Shown piece by piece: positions 57,525-64,000 of a DNA stretch of 64,000 nt; position 1 is the first letter of the stretch; each line of letters begins with the position of its first letter. The stretch covers positions 64,001 through 128,000 of the forward strand of contig CAVWFS010000011.1 in assembly GCA_963754315.1 (NCBI GenBank). Reading direction: 5' to 3'. A program made the translations under genes and the position numbers. This stretch comes from an uncultured Candidatus Rokubacteria bacterium (GTDB taxonomy: Bacteria > Methylomirabilota > Methylomirabilia > Rokubacteriales > CSP1-6). Under the pieces are notes generated by a model. It was not told the origin of the DNA and did no database searches. It saw nothing but the letters and a program-made list of their open reading frames with translations.

Positions 57525-57712
57525 CGCACACTCCATGCAAGAGACCCAGACTTGCGACCCCGTCTTCGACGGCCAGCGCGCCCAAAGTCACCGAAAGCGC
57601 GGCGAACGTCCACTGGCGTCGGACCGCCTCCCTCTCGGGCGGCGACCAAGGTGGCCACCGTGCGTGAACAGCAACGCTCGTGCCGTGTGGCTAGGCTGAA
57701 GCGCGTCCGGTT

Positions 57713-58060
57713 GTGAACAGACCCTCAACCTTCCGCTGGCTGGGTGTCCCCCTTGCGGTCCTTCTCGTCGCCGGCGGCTCGTTTCAAGGGCTTCTGATAC
57801 CTGGGCTGCCGTCCTACGTGGTTCCCGCATTGGCGCTGGTGGGGGCAAGCTTCGTCGCGTGGTCATTCGTGGGGTCCCTGCGGCGGTTGTTGCGACGTTC
57901 GTGGCTACGAGCACGTGCATTGGGAACTCCAGAAAGGACGGGGGGGCCCTTACGAGGATCCAGTCGCCCGCACGGGCGGATGTCTCAAGGACACCGAACG
58001 GTATCCGAGCGATCGACTCGTTCTCACCTATCCGGTATCGTGCGCGCCTTGATGGAGTGA
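57713..58060 (+). CDS. Hypothetical small membrane protein
   Basis: Two hydrophobic segments then a basic tail; weak RBS. Confidence 0.4.
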   Translation: MNRPSTFRWLGVPLAVLLVAGGSFQGLLIPGLPSYVVPALALVGASFVAWSFVGSLRRLLRRSWLRARALGTPERTGGPLRGSSRPHGRMSQGHRTVSERSTRSHLSGIVRALME

Positions 58061-58145
58061 CCCATCCCCCGCCTCAGGTTTCACAGCCAGCGCACGCGGT
58101 TTTCGGTGGAACGCGAAGCGTCCGGTATAGAATCGGTCCACTCTC

Positions 58146-58904
58146 ATGTTTCCCTATCGCGACGAGAACGAGACCCAGCGTACGCCGCTGATCACCCTGG
58201 GCTTGATCGCCCTGAACGTGCTGGTGTGGTTCTTCATCCAGGGGGCTGGCTCCGCGATGCCGCTCGCGAAGTCGGTGTGTGAGCTGGGCCTCATCCCAGG
58301 CGAGCTGACCGGCGCGTTGCCCCCTGGCGTGCGCTTTCCGATGGGCGACGGGCTGGTGTGCCTGACCGATCCAGGCCGACAGCTGTCTCACCTCATCACC
58401 TCGATGTTCCTGCACGGCGGGTGGATGCACCTGATCGGCAACATGTGGTTCCTCTGGCTCTTCGGGAACAATGTCGAGGATTCCACGGGGCGCATCCGGT
58501 TCCTGGTCTTTTACCTGGCGTGCGGGCTGGCCGCGGCCATCGCCCAGGTCGCGACCAATCCCGCCTCGCCCATTCCGATGGTGGGCGCCTCGGGAGCCAT
58601 CAGCGGGGTGATGGGGGGCTACCTGATCCTGTATCCGAAAGTGCGCGTGTTTTGTCTGGTGTTTCTAGGGTTCTTCGTGACCTCCATCGGGTTGCCAGCA
58701 TGGATGATGCTGATTTACTGGCTCGCGCTTCAGTTCGTGAGCGGCCTGGCCGCTTTCGGAGGCGAGGAGGGCGGCGTGGCGTTCTGGGCCCACGTCGGGG
58801 GCTTCGTGGTGGGACTGGTCCTCGTCAAGCTGATTGCGCAGAGGAAATACGTGGAGGCTCATCGACGCCACCACTGGCGCCCCAGCCGTCTGGCGCGAGG
58901 ATAA
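58146..58904 (+). CDS. Rhomboid intramembrane serine protease
   Basis: SMFLHGGWMHLIGNM, GASGA, AHVGG. Confidence 0.93.
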   Translation: MFPYRDENETQRTPLITLGLIALNVLVWFFIQGAGSAMPLAKSVCELGLIPGELTGALPPGVRFPMGDGLVCLTDPGRQLSHLITSMFLHGGWMHLIGNMWFLWLFGNNVEDSTGRIRFLVFYLACGLAAAIAQVATNPASPIPMVGASGAISGVMGGYLILYPKVRVFCLVFLGFFVTSIGLPAWMMLIYWLALQFVSGLAAFGGEEGGVAFWAHVGGFVVGLVLVKLIAQRKYVEAHRRHHWRPSRLARG

Positions 58905-58972
58905 GGCAGCTCCTGGACCGCCCTGCGGGGCTCGCTGGCGTGGGTCGGCGAGGATGTCGGCGAGGATATGCT

Positions 58973-60067
58973 TCACAGGAGCGCGTCGACAACGAGCTTC
59001 TGGAAGTGGACGATCAGATGTTCGCTGCGCGCCAAGAAGCGGCCCCGGGAGGGGACCCCCGCGCGTAGCCCGCGCTGGACGGAGTCGGTCAGGCGATCGT
59101 CCTCCCGGCTAACCTGGCGGTTGAAGTCGATCATCTCGCGTCGAGCTTCCTCCGGCACGTCAGGGCCGAACCAATGCTCCGAGAATCCGCCCGTCCGCTC
59201 GGGCCCCATAGGGACAAACACGTCGAGCGACAGGTTGGGATGGCCCGGGTTGATGCTGAGGGTGAAGTGTGGCCAGAGATGGTGGTATTGCGCCTGGGTA
59301 ACCGCGCCCCGCACGTCGTAGGCCGGCTTGCGCCCCCGACCTTCGAGAGCCGAGCGCCGCACCGGCGCCACCTGGCTGGAGAACCAGCCATGAGCCTCGA
59401 GTGCATAGGCGTCCTCGTCGACGTCCACCACGGTGCTGAAGCCGGGATGCTGCACGGGACAGTGGTAGCACTCGAGGAAGTTCTCGATCATCACCTTCCA
59501 GTTCGCTTCGGCCCGCCACTCCTCGCGGTCGTGGAATCGGAGCTGTTCGAGGACGAGGCCACTGCCGGCGATGATCGACGGCAGTCGACCGAGGTAGTTG
59601 GCGAGCGCGGGCGCGCCAGTGTCGAGGTTGACGAAGACGAACGGGCCCCACGTGTCGAGCGCCACCGGCAGCAGGGGATAGTCGTCTAGCTCGAATCCCG
59701 CCTCGTTCTGGGCGCGCGGGGCGGCGCGCAAACGCCCCCCAAGATCGTAGGTCCAGGCATGGTAGGGGCACTGCAGCGTGCGCCGGTTCCCGGCCCCGCT
59801 CACGACCAGGTGGCGTCGGTGCCGGCACACGTTCACGAAGGCCCGCAGTCCCGCCTCGCTGCGGACGACCACGACCGGCACATCGGCGACCACGCAGGCG
59901 AAGAAGTCGCCCACGCAAGCCACCTGCTCGGCATGCCCGACGTACTGCCAGGCGCGGCGGAAGATACGGTCGCGCTCACGGTCCATGAGGGCCGGGTCGA
60001 CATACCACGAGGCCGGCAGCGAAATCCCACGGTCCAGATCCGTCTTCAGGGTCGGCCCGTCACTCAC
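58973..60067 (-). CDS. Rieske non-heme iron oxygenase alpha subunit (choline/carnitine monooxygenase-like)
   Basis: CRH...CPYH Rieske motif, NWK, ECYHCPVQH, ED. Confidence 0.9.
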   Translation of the reverse strand: MSDGPTLKTDLDRGISLPASWYVDPALMDRERDRIFRRAWQYVGHAEQVACVGDFFACVVADVPVVVVRSEAGLRAFVNVCRHRRHLVVSGAGNRRTLQCPYHAWTYDLGGRLRAAPRAQNEAGFELDDYPLLPVALDTWGPFVFVNLDTGAPALANYLGRLPSIIAGSGLVLEQLRFHDREEWRAEANWKVMIENFLECYHCPVQHPGFSTVVDVDEDAYALEAHGWFSSQVAPVRRSALEGRGRKPAYDVRGAVTQAQYHHLWPHFTLSINPGHPNLSLDVFVPMGPERTGGFSEHWFGPDVPEEARREMIDFNRQVSREDDRLTDSVQRGLRAGVPSRGRFLARSEHLIVHFQKLVVDALL

Positions 60068-60202
60068 CGTGAGCAGAGTATCACTCGTGAACCTTCTTCA
60101 AAGTACCCGACGTGCTCAGTCATCTGGTCGACGTGCAAGGCACACAACCGTCATCGAAACGCACAACGCTTGCCGAAAACCACTGTTGCCATCTTTGCAG
60201 GG

Positions 60203-60218
60203 TGGCATCACCCATGCA
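60203..60218 (+). promoter_or_regulatory. Putative sigma54 (-24/-12) promoter
   Basis: TGGCATCACCCATGCA: GG-N10-GC, upstream of a GGAGG RBS. Confidence 0.55.
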
Positions 60219-60274
60219 CCGATCGTGGCAGGAGGACGGGCGATGCTGGAGTCCTTGCGTTGTCTGTATCCGCT

Positions 60275-61471
60275 ATGACGGTCCCGGCGGTAGTATCCGC
60301 CCTGTTAGTGGCGCTCGGTCTGATGCTCGCCTTCCTCATGGCGATCGCGCAGCGCCGTCTGCACCGGGCTACGCCTCCCCCGATTCCGCGGCGACTGCCG
60401 GGTGTGAGCATCCTGAAGCCTCTCAAGGGCGTCGACGCGCACCTCCGAGAGAATTTGCGAAGCATCTTCAGGCTCGACTATCCGAGCTACGAGGTCATCC
60501 TTGGCGCGGAGGACCCGGGCGACCCGGCGCTGGCCGTGGCCCGGTCGGTGGCCGCCGAGCACCGCCGCGTCCCCTCGGTCGTGGTCGCGAATCCGCGAAC
60601 GATCGGCTTCAATCCGAAAGTCAACAACCTCGCCAACCTCGCTCGTGTGGCGCGCTACCGTACCTTCCTCATCAGTGACAGCAACGTTCGCGTCCCTCCG
60701 GGGCATCTCAAGAACTTGGCAGCCCACCGCGCGCTGGCGGGCGGGGGACTCGTGTGGTCTCTCTTCCGCGGTACCCATGGACGCGGTTTGGGTGGCGCCC
60801 TCGAGTCGCTTCAGCTGAACGTGGCCGTGATGGGGGGTGTCAGTGGGCTCATGCATCTGCTCGGGATCCCCTGCGCGGTCGGGAAGTCGATGCTGGTCGA
60901 CCGGAAGGATCTCGATGGGATCGGAGGGTTCCCCTTCCTGAGCCGGTTCTTGGCGGAGGACCACGTGTGCGCAGAGGAGCTGGCGGCCCGGGGCCGGCCG
61001 GTGGTGGTCACCGGCTGTCTCATCGACAACGTGCTTGGTCGCCGCACGCTCCGAGAGTTCGCGGCGCGCCACCTGCGCTGGGCACGGCTCCGCCGCCACG
61101 TCAGCCTGCCGTGCTATCTGGCCGAGGTGCTCCTCAACCCGTCGTTCATCGCGCTCGTGGCGCTGCTGATCTTCCGTACCAGGGAGGCGGCGGTGGTGGC
61201 CGGTGTGGCACTGGCCGGGATGTCAGCGATCGCGTGCTGGACCGAGCGCGAGCTGGGCGTTAAGCGGGCCTGGTGGCTCTATCCCGCCCTCGAGCTTGGG
61301 CTGAGTACGGCCAAGGGAGTGCTCTGGTTCGTCCCGTTCTTCAGTCGTACTGTCGTGTGGCGTGGCCACGAGCTTACCTTGCGATCGCGGACACGGATCG
61401 AACTGAACTCCCCCGAGCCCCCGCTGCCCGCGGGCGGGCGGGCGAGTCCAGGGCTAGCGACGAGCGTCTGA
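60275..61471 (+). CDS. Ceramide glucosyltransferase/HpnI-like glycosyltransferase
   Basis: VSILKPLKG, NPKVNNL, ISDS, LAED, RHLRW. Confidence 0.88.
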   Translation: MTVPAVVSALLVALGLMLAFLMAIAQRRLHRATPPPIPRRLPGVSILKPLKGVDAHLRENLRSIFRLDYPSYEVILGAEDPGDPALAVARSVAAEHRRVPSVVVANPRTIGFNPKVNNLANLARVARYRTFLISDSNVRVPPGHLKNLAAHRALAGGGLVWSLFRGTHGRGLGGALESLQLNVAVMGGVSGLMHLLGIPCAVGKSMLVDRKDLDGIGGFPFLSRFLAEDHVCAEELAARGRPVVVTGCLIDNVLGRRTLREFAARHLRWARLRRHVSLPCYLAEVLLNPSFIALVALLIFRTREAAVVAGVALAGMSAIACWTERELGVKRAWWLYPALELGLSTAKGVLWFVPFFSRTVVWRGHELTLRSRTRIELNSPEPPLPAGGRASPGLATSV

Positions 61472-62047
61472 CTCCACGACGGCGGCGGCCACGACGGCGG
61501 CCCCCCTCCGCCAGGGGGCGAAGGTTATTGCACCCACCGTCAGCAACGTCGGCACCGCCAAGGCCGTAAAGACCACTGCCCAGCTCGTGGCGCGCTCCCA
61601 GAGTAGTGCCGTCCCCTCCAGGCCGAAACCCGCGATGAGATAGACCAGCAACGACAGACCGAGTCCCGCGTAGTAGGGAGTGGGGAATCCCATGAACCAG
61701 GACTTGAACCACCACACCTGGCCCGGGCCGAAGCGAGACAGCCCGAAGTGGGGGTTGCACACGAACCACAGGAAGTCCCAGAACACCGCCAGCAGGAAGA
61801 ACAGGGAGATAAGCTCGGCCTCCCGTTCTAGCGAAAAGCCCGTGTACATCAGGGGGAAATGGATAAGCAGTAGCAAGAATAGCTGGAGGAACACATGGTA
61901 CCCGGTGACCGGTTTGCCGGCCCAGCGGAGAACCGCGTCGCTCTGCCAGCGCCAGGTGGGTAACTGCGCGGCCCACCCATGCTTGCCCTCGATCTGGATC
62001 TCGAGGTGCGCCAGCGCGAAGGCAATGGCGAAGAAGTAGAGGCCCAT
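61454..62047 (-). CDS. Hypothetical membrane protein
   Basis: EIQIEGKHGWAAQLPTW, TGYH, DFLWFVCNP; several TM segments. Confidence 0.75.
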   Translation of the reverse strand: MGLYFFAIAFALAHLEIQIEGKHGWAAQLPTWRWQSDAVLRWAGKPVTGYHVFLQLFLLLLIHFPLMYTGFSLEREAELISLFFLLAVFWDFLWFVCNPHFGLSRFGPGQVWWFKSWFMGFPTPYYAGLGLSLLVYLIAGFGLEGTALLWERATSWAVVFTALAVPTLLTVGAITFAPWRRGAAVVAAAVVESDARR

Positions 62048-62123
62048 GGCTGGCGGTCATCTCTTGCTATCCTCCTGCGAAGTGCTCCCCCACAGATGAG
62101 GATACCACCCTGGGGGAGGCTGT

Positions 62124-62501
62124 CTAGTCAGGCCCCTGCGCGGTCTGGACTTCGACCACCGGCCTGACGTCGATCTCCACGCGGGCTTCACGATGGCTGC
62201 TTGTATATCCGATGGTATGCGGCAAACGATGAGAACCGTGGGTCCGGCGCCCCGCTTGGTCGGTCCCCATTTGCCGCGTGGTATCGCAGGCCTCGGTCGC
62301 GGACTGAAGCAGTTTGAGTAGCCGTGCGGGATCCATCCGGGCACGGGCCGCGAAGGCGCCGACGGTCAGCCCCTCGTCGTAGGTGAGGTAGAGGCTGCCG
62401 CGTTCATAACGCGAGAACCGGCCGTGCTGAATAAAGATCTCCCCGGTCGACGGACAGCCTTTGAGCACGTCTCGAACGAGCGAGTCCGAGGTGATCGTCA
62501 T
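62124..62501 (-). CDS. Hypothetical protein (DUF1858-like N-terminus)
   Basis: MTITSDSLVRDVLKGCPSTGEIFIQHG...TVGAFAARARMDPARLLKLL. Confidence 0.55.
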   Translation of the reverse strand: MTITSDSLVRDVLKGCPSTGEIFIQHGRFSRYERGSLYLTYDEGLTVGAFAARARMDPARLLKLLQSATEACDTTRQMGTDQAGRRTHGSHRLPHTIGYTSSHREARVEIDVRPVVEVQTAQGPD

Positions 62502-62523
62502 GGCGTGCCTGCCGGCGGGGGGC

Positions 62524-63309
62524 TCATAGTCCGGCGGACGCGAACCGCTCCATAAGCGCCTGATGGTACGCTTGACCGCCCTCCCATCCGAGACGGAACG
62601 CTTGCTCGCCGTACACGTCGGGGAAGCGACGGGCGAGCAGCTCGCGGCTCGTCTCGTACGTCGTTCCACGTGTGTCTGCCTCGAGGGCGGCTTCAAAGCC
62701 GCGGCGATACGTCGCTTCATCCCGGGCGAAGTCCCCACCCCGAGCCGTGTAGCGTGCAGCTTCTGCCTCCCTAAGGCCGATCCACCAGTCTTGACGGGCG
62801 GCGTCCAGCGTTTCGGCTCCCATGGCCTTCAGGGTCGCCCGCGCGGCCTCAGCCACACCTTCCTCAACAGAGGTGGTCACGATCGTCCGTCCTCGCCGAA
62901 GGGCGTCCTCGTAAACGAACAGTTCGTCTTTGGGAAGTCCGACGGTGCCCGCGTCCTCGACGGCTTTCCCGATGGCCGCGCCGGCCCCGAGCCCGAGCAG
63001 CGCTCCGGCTATTGCGCCGGTGGCGATCACCGGGCCGATGAACGGAAGTACCAATGACGCGCCGACGGCGGCGGTGGCCAATTGAACACCTGCTGTCGCA
63101 CCGGCCGCCCCCCCAACCACCGCGCCAAGCGCCCGGCCCACACCCGGCTGCTCTGCTTCCGCCGTCGGAATCGCTCGAGTCAAGTCAGGAGAGGGCACTC
63201 CCGGGGAAACGCAGGATATCTGCCCTTCGGGGACGCCGAGCGTGCGCAGGCCGTGAATAGCACGCTCGGCGTCAAGTCGATCGGGGAAAACCGCAGCAAT
63301 CGTTTCCAC
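62524..63309 (-). CDS. General stress protein (YflT-like with glycine-zipper TM hairpin)
   Basis: AVF...AERAIHGLR, GAVVGGAAG, PFIGPVIATG, YEDALRRG; GGAGG RBS. Confidence 0.8.
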   Translation of the reverse strand: METIAAVFPDRLDAERAIHGLRTLGVPEGQISCVSPGVPSPDLTRAIPTAEAEQPGVGRALGAVVGGAAGATAGVQLATAAVGASLVLPFIGPVIATGAIAGALLGLGAGAAIGKAVEDAGTVGLPKDELFVYEDALRRGRTIVTTSVEEGVAEAARATLKAMGAETLDAARQDWWIGLREAEAARYTARGGDFARDEATYRRGFEAALEADTRGTTYETSRELLARRFPDVYGEQAFRLGWEGGQAYHQALMERFASAGL

Positions 63310-63354
63310 TTGGTGACCTCCGTCAGGCAAGGAATGTCAAAACCTAGGCGGACC

Positions 63355-63894
63355 CTAGGACGAACTCGGTGCCGCAGATGCGACCAGTGCACCACATGCG
63401 ACCCGAGCACCACTATTGCCGCTCGGGTCGGTGGTCATGTCGTCGGGGCCCGCGTGAACGACGATGGCGCTGCCGTCGCTATCGAATAGGGAATTCGGTC
63501 CGGGCCGAAGCGAAAAGCGCTCGACTGTTACCTGCATACGCCCACGACCGTTCTCATCGATCGTGATGTTGGGCAGGTCGCCCGCGTGCGGGCCTCGCGG
63601 ATTCGCCGAGCCGTGCTGGGCTTCAGTCGGATTGAAATGATCCCCAGCGGACTCAAAGCTCGGACTCTCGCACCGGCCGACCTGGTGAATGTGGAGCGCC
63701 TTGGGGCCGGGGGGCAGCCCCGCCACGTCGATGACCACGGCCACGCGCCCCAGCGACTCCGACAGTGATGCGGTCCCGACGGCACGCCCGGCGCCGTCCG
63801 TGAGCTGAGCGGTGGCGGTCGAGATGCTCGCGGTCGGCGACGTTCCGCATCCGGCGAGAACCACCATCAACACGAGCGCCTTACACGTGCGCAA
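63355..63894 (-). CDS. sodC: Cu/Zn superoxide dismutase lipoprotein
   Basis: Lipobox [36 protein letters not shown]. Confidence 0.93.
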   Translation of the reverse strand: MRTCKALVLMVVLAGCGTSPTASISTATAQLTDGAGRAVGTASLSESLGRVAVVIDVAGLPPGPKALHIHQVGRCESPSFESAGDHFNPTEAQHGSANPRGPHAGDLPNITIDENGRGRMQVTVERFSLRPGPNSLFDSDGSAIVVHAGPDDMTTDPSGNSGARVACGALVASAAPSSS

Positions 63895-64000
63895 TGCTCC
63901 AATCCTCCAAGCAGAGACTGGCTGCAAGACGAGGACCACCACAGCGGGGTGAGCGGCTGAGACGTTGCGAGCTATCGAGTGGATCGCAGGACGACGTCAA

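Noticed and set aside
59759..60274. 172-aa N-terminal extension of the glycosyltransferase ORF, and similar extensions of IOR, murB, ftsA, yggS, proC and hisZ in the ORF track
   Set aside because: The extensions overlap neighbouring genes or promoters and lack family similarity; better-supported starts lie downstream.
1..64000. tRNA, rRNA, integrase or IS transposase genes
   Set aside because: None recognised by eye in the intergenic gaps or the ORF track; a covariance-model scan was not possible.

Overview
High-GC bacterial chromosomal window. A Candidatus Rokubacteria/Methylomirabilota-like soil organism is my impression, not a result. Bases 1-18.6 kb carry catabolic and transport genes: hydantoinase A/B, cupins, an NYN nuclease, a HerA-like ATPase, an LLM oxidoreductase, a fused IOR, arfB, an adenine deaminase-like gene, DUF445, a peptide-type ABC cassette and a pseudopilin. 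Bases 19-39.7 kb are a long dcw/ylm cluster (mraZ rsmH ftsL ftsI murE murF mraY murD ftsW murC murB ftsQ ftsA ftsZ pgeF yggS proC yggT divIVA yggU mtnA) that lacks murG, ddl and sepF and has a MurB with substituted active-site motifs. Next come a SagB-type gene, an orphan BrnA remnant, and an aminotransferase/phosphatase/hisZ/purA block. Bases 47-64 kb form a stress and DNA-repair region with LigD split into three genes, a polymerase-degenerate PolX-PHP, an unknown conserved partner gene, SodC and a general stress protein. The most notable signals are: (1) several genes whose conserved N-terminus has no ATG/GTG/TTG but a non-canonical codon (ATA, ACG, GCG, CTG) behind an RBS; (2) many genes with a leaderless TAnnnT-N6-8-start layout; (3) a structured ~75-95 bp palindromic repeat family flanking pgeF in inverted orientation; (4) the atypical dcw cluster; (5) the end-joining operons with no Ku in this window. 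Several single-base frameshifts, one in essential murE, look like sequencing or assembly errors. No rRNA, tRNA, CRISPR array or transposase was recognised.
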